From NCBI GenBank assembly GCA_900546715.1, contig UREA01000003.1, forward strand, positions 11,189-75,188: a stretch of DNA of 64,000 nucleotides, in the 5' to 3' direction. Below are positions 56,119 to 64,000 of the stretch, piece after piece (position 1 is the stretch's first letter; every line of letters starts with the position of its first letter). Made by a program: the position numbers and the translations under genes. The stretch is from an uncultured Mycoplasmatota bacterium (GTDB taxonomy: Bacteria > Bacillota_I > Bacilli_A > RF39 > UBA660). The notes under the pieces are model-generated. The model worked only from the letters and a program-made list of their open reading frames with translations, did no database searches and was not told where the DNA came from.

Positions 56119-57309
56119 CTAGTAAGTCGTAACTCCAAAAGCTGAAACTATGCTTGAAGCTCTAGTAAAATTCATGTCTCCTCCACCAGCTGGACCGCCT
56201 TGTACTATTCCAGCCGTTTGAAATTTTACCGGCAAATTACCAGTGCCAGTAATTTTAACCACTATTCCACCGCTATCACCATGTGTAGCATAAATGCTTG
56301 TTTTAACTAAACCTGTGAGTCCACCAGATCCTGATGCATTTTCACCTTCTATATATCCGTAAGTATAATAAGAATATGCTCCAGATTTACCATATAATTG
56401 TCCTACAACAAATGAAGTCACAGGAGTATTATTAAGTGGAGCAGACAATACAAGACCAACTGGATTATTATATAAAGCATTAATTATCGTAGTGCCAACA
56501 TTCAAATCAATCCACGCAGCATCAACATTACCAGATCTACGATATTTTTTTACTGTACCAAAAACTGGAACAACTTCATTAACACCAGAGACACAATGTG
56601 CAGCAGTAACAAAACCATCAGCACTATTTAATTTAGCCCTAAAACCTATTGAACACCCTAATGTAGGTATTCCTTCTCCAGATTTAAAACTTGCATAATC
56701 AACTATATTCCTAGATTCAGAAAAATGTATTATAGGAGAATCAATCACATTCTTTTTGAAACTATTTATTGATTCCATAGAATAATCTTTCAACTCAACA
56801 ACTACTCTATTATTAACTATATCATCATAGTATGCATCAATATAGCCATTCTCATAATTTTCTGAATAATACTCTTCCAAAACATCAATCACATCATTAA
56901 TTTCATTATATGAATTTTCTACATATTCTATTCTAGCGGTTTTATCAACAGAAAGTATATTTTGAAATAAATCATAGCTAGATGCTTGAGATTTTACTTT
57001 AGTTGGTTCAGCATCTTTTAAAACTTGAATAACTACATTATTATCATTTTTATCAATATAAAATCCTCCAATATAATCGGGATATTCAGTAATATTTTTT
57101 TGAGTTTTTAAATTGTTATTTCTTATTATAGATTGCATTTTCTCAATATTTTGAGCTGAAGCTGTATTTTTTTGTATTTTTTCTTTATAATTGTCTCCTA
57201 AGAATTCTTTTAAACCGACTTCAATAGTTGATGCCTTAACAAAAAATTCAGGCAACAATAATATACACAACAAAAAAACAATCATAGTTATTTTTAAAAT
57301 TTTCTTCAT
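56119..57309 (-). CDS. secreted S1-family serine protease (streptogrisin/alpha-lytic type) with pro-region
   Basis: Signal peptide, TAAHC (His) and GDSGG (Ser). CSIGFRA is typical of S1E enzymes. Confidence 0.8.
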   Translation of the reverse strand: MKKILKITMIVFLLCILLLPEFFVKASTIEVGLKEFLGDNYKEKIQKNTASAQNIEKMQSIIRNNNLKTQKNITEYPDYIGGFYIDKNDNNVVIQVLKDAEPTKVKSQASSYDLFQNILSVDKTARIEYVENSYNEINDVIDVLEEYYSENYENGYIDAYYDDIVNNRVVVELKDYSMESINSFKKNVIDSPIIHFSESRNIVDYASFKSGEGIPTLGCSIGFRAKLNSADGFVTAAHCVSGVNEVVPVFGTVKKYRRSGNVDAAWIDLNVGTTIINALYNNPVGLVLSAPLNNTPVTSFVVGQLYGKSGAYSYYTYGYIEGENASGSGGLTGLVKTSIYATHGDSGGIVVKITGTGNLPVKFQTAGIVQGGPAGGGDMNFTRASSIVSAFGVTTY

Positions 57310-57420
57310 AAATTTTCCCTTTCTTTCTTTTTTTTACTATTATTTTTTAAAAATATTATCATTAAAAATTATACTACTATTTTACCACCCTATCATTTCT
57401 TTAATGTGCACATAAACTCT

Positions 57421-58059
57421 TTATACATCAATCCATACTGGATTAATACTATCATATTTATTATTAATAGAACTACTATTAAAAACTATATTACCATTAC
57501 TTAAATAATAATTTTGTGATTCACTAAGAGAGACATTGCTTTGAGCATGTCTATAGTTGCCAAATATTTTACCACTTCCATTATAATTTACACTTAATGT
57601 TAAATTATAATATATTGCATCATTAACTAAATTCATAGATATTCCAATACCATTATTAAATAATTTAGTATTTTGAGTTGTTTTATTATAATTAACTATA
57701 TTTGTTCCATCACTTAAAATTGCAAGTTGTTTTCCTAGTATTATATTAGTATTAAATGTTACATCATTACTCATTAATGCTATAACATCATAAGACTTAT
57801 ACTTGGGAGTTTTTTTCCATTCTACATTTAATATTACACTATTTCCTGATGAATTAATATACATTTTCTTATATTCCGTTTCTACAGGACTACTAAGCAC
57901 ACTTACTAAATCTACCAAATCATATTCTTCTTTACTTATCTTGCTTATAATATATTCATTATCTATATATGTAGTTTTATAATATGCCTCACTACTTATT
58001 GCCTTACATTCTGCCAGTCCAATTATAAACATAAATAATACAAATACTATTTTTCTCAT
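57421..58059 (-). CDS. secreted hypothetical protein (212 aa)
   Basis: Signal peptide MRKIVFVLFMFIIGLAECKA followed by an Asn/Tyr-rich region. Confidence 0.55.
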   Translation of the reverse strand: MRKIVFVLFMFIIGLAECKAISSEAYYKTTYIDNEYIISKISKEEYDLVDLVSVLSSPVETEYKKMYINSSGNSVILNVEWKKTPKYKSYDVIALMSNDVTFNTNIILGKQLAILSDGTNIVNYNKTTQNTKLFNNGIGISMNLVNDAIYYNLTLSVNYNGSGKIFGNYRHAQSNVSLSESQNYYLSNGNIVFNSSSINNKYDSINPVWIDV

Positions 58060-58146
58060 ATACTACTCCTCTAACTTCATACTATCACAAATAGCAAAAA
58101 AAGAATAGCAAAACTTACTTGCATTTTGCCATTCTTACTTGCACTA

Positions 58147-59202
58147 TTATTTTCCTATTATATTGTTTACTTCATTTTCCATTAAATTAACATAATTTTC
58201 ATAACCATCACATGACTCTGAATAACAATGCAATTCTTTATCTTTAATAAGATAATCAAAATTAATTATAAATTCATCGTTAACATTATTATAAATATAA
58301 CCACCAACATATTGATATTTTAATCTATATTCTAAATTTAAATTATTTTCATTAGAATAATATAAAATATCTGAATATAAATCATATTTAAAAGTACCAT
58401 TATCAACTTTTTTAATATAATTATTATTTTCTAATTTATAATCATTTTTAATAAGTATATCTTCTGTTATATCTACATTATTATTTAAATTATTATTTTC
58501 ACCTATACTTTTATTTTTAAAATAAAGTAATTTATCACTTTTAAATAACAAATTAAATTCTAATTTATAAGTTAATACTTTTTTTGAATCAGTTAAAGAT
58601 ATTAAATCTATATATACATTATTTATGTCAAAACCTTTATCAAAGTATTCCCCATAACCATAATGTTCATTTAATATAATAGAATCACTATAATTAGTTT
58701 CTATTAATAATCTAATGTCATCTTTATCTTTATAATATAATTTAACTTTATAATTATTTATATCATCATCTAACAAATTAATAGAACCAAGTTGTAAATA
58801 ATAATTAACATTAGACTTAATAAATATTCCATTAGTTATAGAAATATTATTATCATTAATAGCTAAACTATATACCTCAAGTTTGTTTTTATATCTTACA
58901 AGAAGTATCATAAGAATCATTACTAATAACAGAATAACTAAAAATGCTATTAAAAATTTATTCAATTTTCTTTTGCTCTTTTCTTCTTTATAACCTGTTA
59001 TTAAAAATTTTAATTCTAAAAAATCCAAGTCCAATACCTTACATAATTTCTCTATAGTTTCTAAATCAGGATTATTTATATCATTTTCCCAATTGCTTAT
59101 AGTTTGTCTACTAACATGTATTTTTTTAGCTAATGCATCTTGGCTTAAATTTTTCTTTTTTCTAGCTTCTAATATAATTTTCCCTATAATATTTTCTTTC
59201 AT
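58147..59202 (-). CDS. membrane-bound XRE-family regulator (HTH, TM, ectodomain)
   Basis: LSQDALAKKIHVSRQTISNWEN HTH, a central TM segment (FLIAFLVILLLVMILMILLV) and a 250-aa extracytoplasmic region. Confidence 0.8.
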   Translation of the reverse strand: MKENIIGKIILEARKKKNLSQDALAKKIHVSRQTISNWENDINNPDLETIEKLCKVLDLDFLELKFLITGYKEEKSKRKLNKFLIAFLVILLLVMILMILLVRYKNKLEVYSLAINDNNISITNGIFIKSNVNYYLQLGSINLLDDDINNYKVKLYYKDKDDIRLLIETNYSDSIILNEHYGYGEYFDKGFDINNVYIDLISLTDSKKVLTYKLEFNLLFKSDKLLYFKNKSIGENNNLNNNVDITEDILIKNDYKLENNNYIKKVDNGTFKYDLYSDILYYSNENNLNLEYRLKYQYVGGYIYNNVNDEFIINFDYLIKDKELHCYSESCDGYENYVNLMENEVNNIIGK

Positions 59203-59257
59203 AACTAACTCATCTCTTTTTTATTATACTATAAAACAACCCTAAAAAAAAGATTAC

Positions 59258-59476
59258 TTATTCTTTAAAAAGTAATCCAACATCTATTTCTAAAGCCTCG
59301 GCAATATCATATAAAGTTTGCACAGAAAAAGTATTAGCTACTTTTTCTGATTCAATCTGTCTAATAAAATCATAAGACAAATTTGTTTTTTCAGCAAGTT
59401 TAGATTGAGTCATATGCCTATCTTTTCTATATTTTTTTATATTACGCCTTATAACATCATAAATATTAACATTCAT
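59258..59476 (-). CDS. small XRE-family HTH protein
   Basis: MTQSKLAEKTNLSYDFIRQIES. Confidence 0.8.
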   Translation of the reverse strand: MNVNIYDVIRRNIKKYRKDRHMTQSKLAEKTNLSYDFIRQIESEKVANTFSVQTLYDIAEALEIDVGLLFKE

Positions 59477-59496
59477 CAATATATCACCAACAACTT

Positions 59497-59753
59497 TTAT
59501 TTTTTCATATTTACTTTTTTTGGCAAATTATGAGTTCCCACATCTTTAATTAATAAGTAAGGTTCTACTTCTAAACAGCTTGCAATAACATCAAGAGTAA
59601 TTATAGAAATATTCCTTTTAGCATTTTCAATATCACTAACATATCTTGGACTCAAATTACATTTCTCCGCTAACTGTTCTTGCGTATATTTAGCAAGATG
59701 TCTATAATATTTTATATTGTTTCCTAAATTTTAAAAATATTTTGTTTTTCCAT
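59497..59753 (-). pseudogene. small XRE-family HTH gene with a frameshift in an A4 run
   Basis: Own translation of a 77-codon open frame: NLGNNIKYYRHLAKYTQEQLAEKCNLSPRYVSDIENAKRNISIITLDVIASCLEV... It has no start codon. The ATG at 59753 (MEKQNIFK) is in another frame; one extra A at 59729-59732 would fuse them. Confidence 0.6.
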
Positions 59754-59779
59754 ATTATCACATCATTTCTTGTATAAAC

Positions 59780-60016
59780 TTATTTTTCAAATAATAACTT
59801 TATATCAATATTTAGCGCATCAGCAATTCTCCCAATAACTACTAATGTAAAATACTTATTAGGATTAGCACTTTCAATCTGGGAAATATAATGCATTGAA
59901 ACATCAATTGCATCAGCTAGTTGTTGTTGTGTCATATTAGCCCACTTTCTATATTTTCTAATATTTTTTCTAACTATATCATAATAATAGTAATCATCAT
60001 GCAAATTATAATTCAT
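59780..60016 (-). CDS. small XRE-family HTH protein
   Basis: MTQQQLADAIDVSMHYISQIES. Confidence 0.8.
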   Translation of the reverse strand: MNYNLHDDYYYYDIVRKNIRKYRKWANMTQQQLADAIDVSMHYISQIESANPNKYFTLVVIGRIADALNIDIKLLFEK

Positions 60017-60083
60017 TTATTAATCTCCTAACTTTTAGTTTAACAAAAAAACTGATTTTTCAAATCAGTATTTCACCTATATT

Positions 60084-60159
60084 TGGCGTCCTCGAGAGGA
60101 ATCGAACCTCCACTCTAACCCTTAGGAGGGGCTTGTTTTATCCATTAAACTACGAGGAC
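60084..60159 (-). tRNA. tRNA-Arg (anticodon CCU), CCA encoded
   Basis: Hand-folded cloverleaf. Acceptor GUCCUCG/CGAGGAC, D stem GUUU/AAAC, anticodon stem AGCCC/GGGUU with loop CUCCUAA, T arm GGAGG-UUCGAUU-CCUCU, discriminator G, then CCA. Confidence 0.85.
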
Positions 60160-60181
60160 CCATAAATATATTATCACAAAA

Positions 60182-61321
60182 TTACTTTTTATCCAACAAC
60201 TTATTTGTAAGTTCTAATATTTTTCTAGTTGATTCATTTTTAGTATTTTTAGCTAAATTTTCTTGCCATTTACTTATAATACTTGGATTATTTAATTGTT
60301 TTCCAACTGCCCGACACATTCCCCAAGCACCAATTACTTTTACACCATACTTTTTATGAGCAATATATTTAGCATTATATTTTTCTGGCCCCCCATTCCC
60401 CGGAATTAAAATCATTGGAACTCGCATGTCAATACATTCTGTTAAAGTTGCTCCCCCTGGTTTAGTAATTACAACATCTGTAACATTAAGTAAACTATAT
60501 ACATCAGTAACAAAACCTAAATCAGTTACATTACTAATATGTTCTTGTAACACGAATCTGCGACACTTTTCTTCAAGTTCTTTATTTTTACCACTAACAA
60601 ATATTAAGTTAATAGGATAATTTTTCTTAACCAAAGCTTTAAAATAATCAAAATTCTTTATTGATCCTGCAGTACCACCTCCAAAGAAAAGATAAGTCTT
60701 TTTTGTAGCATCTATATTATATTTTAAATATATCTCTTCTTTTGGGGCAACACTATCCATTTTCTTCCTATCAAAAGGAAGACCAAATGCATAAACTTTT
60801 TCACTAGGTACACCTTTTTTAATCATTACATTTTTAACAATATCATTAGCAACAATAAAGGCATCTTGTGATTTATGATCTTTATACCAATAACTATGTG
60901 TGACAAAATCCGTTACAACTGTCATAATATTAGCATTAGTTAAACCAAGTTTATTATAATAAGATGTAATATTTGAACCCGCAAAATGGGTAGATATAAC
61001 TATATCAGGATTAAAATCAACAATTTCCCCTCTTAACTTATCATTATCAAATAATCTTTTCATGTTTTTCATCTGATTTAGACAAGCTACTTTATTATTA
61101 GCAACATCATATATAAAATTAAATGTCTTATGAAATCTCTTCTTTATTATTAAATCAAAAGCTTTAATAGTAAAGCGCCCTAAAAAGTTCGAATATTTAG
61201 CAATATCCAATAACTTTATTTCATAGTCACTAAAATCATTAAAATAATTATAAATATTTTGTGCCATTGATTTATGACCTGAACCATAAGGAGCATATGT
61301 AATTAAAATTTTCTTTTTCAT
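60182..61321 (-). CDS. MGDG-synthase-family glycolipid glycosyltransferase (UgtP-like)
   Basis: ILITYAPYGSGHKSMAQNIY N-terminus and a GT28 C-domain (KPGGATLTE). Confidence 0.75.
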   Translation of the reverse strand: MKKKILITYAPYGSGHKSMAQNIYNYFNDFSDYEIKLLDIAKYSNFLGRFTIKAFDLIIKKRFHKTFNFIYDVANNKVACLNQMKNMKRLFDNDKLRGEIVDFNPDIVISTHFAGSNITSYYNKLGLTNANIMTVVTDFVTHSYWYKDHKSQDAFIVANDIVKNVMIKKGVPSEKVYAFGLPFDRKKMDSVAPKEEIYLKYNIDATKKTYLFFGGGTAGSIKNFDYFKALVKKNYPINLIFVSGKNKELEEKCRRFVLQEHISNVTDLGFVTDVYSLLNVTDVVITKPGGATLTECIDMRVPMILIPGNGGPEKYNAKYIAHKKYGVKVIGAWGMCRAVGKQLNNPSIISKWQENLAKNTKNESTRKILELTNKLLDKK

Positions 61322-61374
61322 AATTATCTCCATATTAATTATACTATAATGCCAAAAATAATTCTACTTAAATC

Positions 61375-61512
61375 TTATTCACTTAAAGCAACAGTTATAA
61401 CTTCATCACCTTCATTTAACTCACTAAACCGACTATTTATCAAAAATACCATACCTACAATCACTAAATAAAACAAAATTATTCCACTATACTTTTTTAA
61501 AACTTCTAACAT
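61375..61512 (-). CDS. 45-aa single-TM peptide, candidate SOS-induced factor
   Basis: Own translation MLEVLKKYSGIILFYLVIVGMVFLINSRFSELNEGDEVITVALSE. AGAGGT RBS. The promoter TTGACA, 17-nt spacer, TAAATT has the Cheo box as its spacer. Divergent from lexA. Confidence 0.5.
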   Translation of the reverse strand: MLEVLKKYSGIILFYLVIVGMVFLINSRFSELNEGDEVITVALSE

Positions 61513-61545
61513 ATTAATTACCTCTTTTCTAAAATTAATTTATCA

Positions 61546-61587
61546 CGAAAATATGTTCGTGTCAATTATAAATATAAACATTTGTTT
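61546..61587. promoter_or_regulatory. LexA (Cheo/SOS) boxes in the lexA divergent intergenic region
   Basis: CGAAAATATGTTCG at 61546-61559, one mismatch to CGAACNNNNGTTCG. A degenerate AAACATTTGTTT at 61576-61587 overlaps the lexA -35 TTGACA (61586-61591). Confidence 0.65.
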
Positions 61588-61632
61588 GACATTTTACATA
61601 AAGTATTGTAAAATTATATTGGAGGTATATAT

Positions 61633-62253
61633 ATGAAAGATATATTAACAAAAAGACAAGAAGAAGTCTTAACTTTTATAAAAAAATATAGTGCTGAACA
61701 TGGCTATCCCCCAGCAATCAGAGAAATATGTGATGGAGTTGGCCTAAGTAGTCCTGCAACTGTTTTTGTTCATGTTAAAAATTTAGAAAATAAAGGATAT
61801 TTAAAAACAGAAAACAATAAATTTAGAGCAATTGAATTATTAGTAGATAATGAATACATCGAAAAAAATGATGATGTAATTAAAGTTCCTTTACTTGGAA
61901 AAATTACTGCTGGAAGTCCTATTTTAGCAATTGAACAACCAGATGAATTTTTTGACCTACCGCAAGCTTTAATTCCTAAAAATGGTAATTGTTTTGTTTT
62001 ACATGTTAGTGGAACATCTATGATTAATAAAGGCATATATGATAATGACTATGTCATAGTAAAACGTCAAAACACTGCTAACAATGGTGATATCGTTGTT
62101 GCAATGACTGATGAAAATGAAGTAACTTTAAAAACATTTTATAAAGAAAAAGATCATATTAGATTACAACCGGAAAATGACACAATGGCTCCTTTAATCT
62201 TTGATAACATTACAATACTAGGAAAAGCGATTGGCCTATATCGTACCATTTAA
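61633..62253 (+). CDS. lexA: SOS repressor LexA
   Basis: N-terminal winged HTH (LTKRQEEVLTFIKKY..GYPPAIREI), an AG cleavage site (ITAGSP) and an S24 peptidase domain (VSGTSM...K). Confidence 0.95.
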   Translation: MKDILTKRQEEVLTFIKKYSAEHGYPPAIREICDGVGLSSPATVFVHVKNLENKGYLKTENNKFRAIELLVDNEYIEKNDDVIKVPLLGKITAGSPILAIEQPDEFFDLPQALIPKNGNCFVLHVSGTSMINKGIYDNDYVIVKRQNTANNGDIVVAMTDENEVTLKTFYKEKDHIRLQPENDTMAPLIFDNITILGKAIGLYRTI

Positions 62254-62280
62254 AAAGTGAATTACCAAAAATTCACTTTT

Positions 62281-63441
62281 TTATTTTACAAAAAATACAA
62301 TGTAACTTAAGAAAACAATGAGTAATATTAGAACAATCCAACCATTAACTTTATCTCGAGTTTTACTTTTATTTTCAATACCTATTGCCATAGAAGCAAG
62401 ATAACCTCCAATTAATCCTCCAATATGAGCGGCATTATCAACACCACTTACCATAAAACCCAATAAAAGATTAAGTACTATAACCGGAATAATTTGAGTT
62501 TTAATAGCTTCGCTCAAATATAAACGATAATGATATCCAAAATAAAGCAAAGCACCCATTAAACCAAATATTGCCCCACTGGCACCAACTGACACTATAT
62601 TAGCTTCATTAAAAATCAATGAAAGTAAATTACCACATATTGCACTAATTAAATTAACAAATAAAAATTTAAATTTACCAATAAATGTTTCTACTTGGGT
62701 ACCTATTATCACCAAAGAATACATATTGACAAGCAAATGAATTAAGCTAACATGTAAGAAAGCCGCACTAATAAGTCGCCAAACTTCTCCACTTTGAACT
62801 ATTAATAAATTGTTACCACCAAAATTAACTAAAGCATTAATACCAATATTGAAAAAATTATTGCTATTAATACCTAAAATAATATACATTACAACGCAAA
62901 TAAGTAATATTAATTTAGTCATAATAATTTTCTTTGGTGAAAATACTTTTTCAAATAATTTATTATCTTTATAAGTCTTTTCATTAATATCATGTGTTAC
63001 ATTAATTATTAAATCCAAACCATCTTTAGTATCTAACAATTCATTTTCCAAATTAGGAAAAATTTCTTTTAATTCTTTATTTTTTTTAATATCATTTAAA
63101 GAATTCACATTAATTGTTTCAATATTATTATATAATCTTGGCTCAACTTTTTTATCTAAATCCAAATAAATATTTAAGGCATTCATTTTAAAAGATAATG
63201 TCTTTTTCTTAATTTGTTTTATTATATGTTGAACTTTAAATAAATCAAATTTATATTGTTCATCATTAATAACCTTATTACAACTAATTCTAATAACTCT
63301 ATATGGTCCATCTAAATTTTCTAACCAAATTTCATCTTTTACTCCTTGAACATTTATTGGGGAATAATTCTCTTTAGTTACAAAATAATGGACTAAACTC
63401 ATCATAATTTGTTCATTCTTTCTTATAATTACTGAAGGCAT
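62281..63441 (-). CDS. rhomboid-family intramembrane serine protease with cytoplasmic N-domain
   Basis: GASGAIFGLMG (Ser) and AHIGGLIGG (His) motifs. Confidence 0.85.
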   Translation of the reverse strand: MPSVIIRKNEQIMMSLVHYFVTKENYSPINVQGVKDEIWLENLDGPYRVIRISCNKVINDEQYKFDLFKVQHIIKQIKKKTLSFKMNALNIYLDLDKKVEPRLYNNIETINVNSLNDIKKNKELKEIFPNLENELLDTKDGLDLIINVTHDINEKTYKDNKLFEKVFSPKKIIMTKLILLICVVMYIILGINSNNFFNIGINALVNFGGNNLLIVQSGEVWRLISAAFLHVSLIHLLVNMYSLVIIGTQVETFIGKFKFLFVNLISAICGNLLSLIFNEANIVSVGASGAIFGLMGALLYFGYHYRLYLSEAIKTQIIPVIVLNLLLGFMVSGVDNAAHIGGLIGGYLASMAIGIENKSKTRDKVNGWIVLILLIVFLSYIVFFVK

Positions 63442-63494
63442 ATACACATCTCCTCGCATTTTATTTTACAATAAATCATATATTTAGTAAAGAG

Positions 63495-63833
63495 GTGATA
63501 ATTTTGTTTTTCTATATACTTTACATTATTGCTTTAATCTGTATACTAATTCCCATATTAAAAATCATTAATTTTTATTTATTACGAGAAAACACAATCT
63601 TTCTTCTCCTTACTAATTACATATTAAATATTACTTCTGCAATATTTTTCGGCTACTTTAACAACTATTTATTTGCCCTTATTTTTATATTAGCACTTTT
63701 AATATTTTCTATTTTACTTATAAAAGAGTTTAAGAACATTCTCGGTTTTTACCAACTTTTATCTATTCCCTATCTTTTAGTAGTGTCTTTCTCTTTTGTT
63801 TATACTTTAATTATGTTCCTCCAAAATATTTAA
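63495..63833 (+). CDS. small polytopic membrane protein
   Basis: 112-aa ORF with four hydrophobic segments. The start codon is uncertain. Confidence 0.45.
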   Translation: MIILFFYILYIIALICILIPILKIINFYLLRENTIFLLLTNYILNITSAIFFGYFNNYLFALIFILALLIFSILLIKEFKNILGFYQLLSIPYLLVVSFSFVYTLIMFLQNI

Positions 63834-64000
63834 ATAATCTTGAAATTCTTTTGGTAAATCACATCTAAATTCTAGTTTTTCTTTAGTAATTGGATGAATA
63901 AATCTTAAATATTCTGAATGTAAAAATTGTCCAAATGCTGTACTTTCTTTCTTATTATAAACTGGATCATTATGTATCGGATAGCCAATATAAGCCATGT
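63807..64000 (-). CDS. RluA/RluD-family pseudouridine synthase, C-terminal end; gene runs off the right edge
   Basis: GYPIHNDPVYN...FLHSEYLRFIHPITKEKLEF is the conserved C-terminal block of RluD-type enzymes. Confidence 0.7.
   Translation of the reverse strand, partial: MAYIGYPIHNDPVYNKKESTAFGQFLHSEYLRFIHPITKEKLEFRCDLPKEFQDYLNILEEHN

Overview
Very AT-rich (about 27% GC by eye) Bacillota-type chromosome segment. It looks like an Erysipelotrichia-like, cell-wall-bearing relative of the Mollicutes. The code is standard: sigA, dnaG and the RnfD-like gene all end at TGA. All functional calls come from motif recognition in the supplied translations and my own reading of the DNA; no database search was possible.

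Housekeeping backbone: yigZ-like (edge-truncated), uvrC, dnaG-sigA-trmK, mnmA, pyrG, xerD, rarA-gpsA, tcdA, rmuC, asnB, an LtaS-like synthase, yebC, a PdaC-like deacetylase, a UgtP-like glycosyltransferase, lexA, a rhomboid protease and rluD-like (edge-truncated).

Accessory or unusual content, in window order:
1. Two inverted paralogous membrane-anchored FN3/lectin-like surface proteins (8.8-10.5 kb on +, 35.3-37.0 kb on -). The second carries an abrupt GC-rich, recoded 3' cassette that runs about 80 nt past its stop codon.
2. An orphan PilC/PilD pair with no ATPase or pilin genes.
3. A decayed retron: an RT with a frameshift and an in-frame stop, but an intact-looking msr/msd with a 10-bp a1/a2 repeat.
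4. Two paralogous promoter-to-terminator small RNAs bracketing a frameshifted DUF3800 gene next to xerD and rarA.
5. A rod-shaped 6S-like RNA directly upstream of tcdA.
6. A translationally coupled operon of two bitopic membrane proteins plus a HerA-type (HAS-barrel) ATPase, next to a GH73 hydrolase. This is my best candidate for an undescribed system.
7. Three iteron-like repeats at exact 33-bp spacing upstream of a DUF4143 ATPase.
8. A 10-kb island adjacent to tRNA-Arg(CCU), with four XRE regulators, an S1 protease, a MacB-type ABC transporter and many small membrane proteins.
9. A 45-aa membrane peptide divergent from lexA whose promoter spacer holds a Cheo (SOS) box.

Several otherwise intact genes carry a single in-frame stop or a homopolymer frameshift: GT2/GtrA, LtaS-like, DUF3800 and one XRE gene.

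No rRNA, CRISPR array, transposase or integrase other than xerD was seen.
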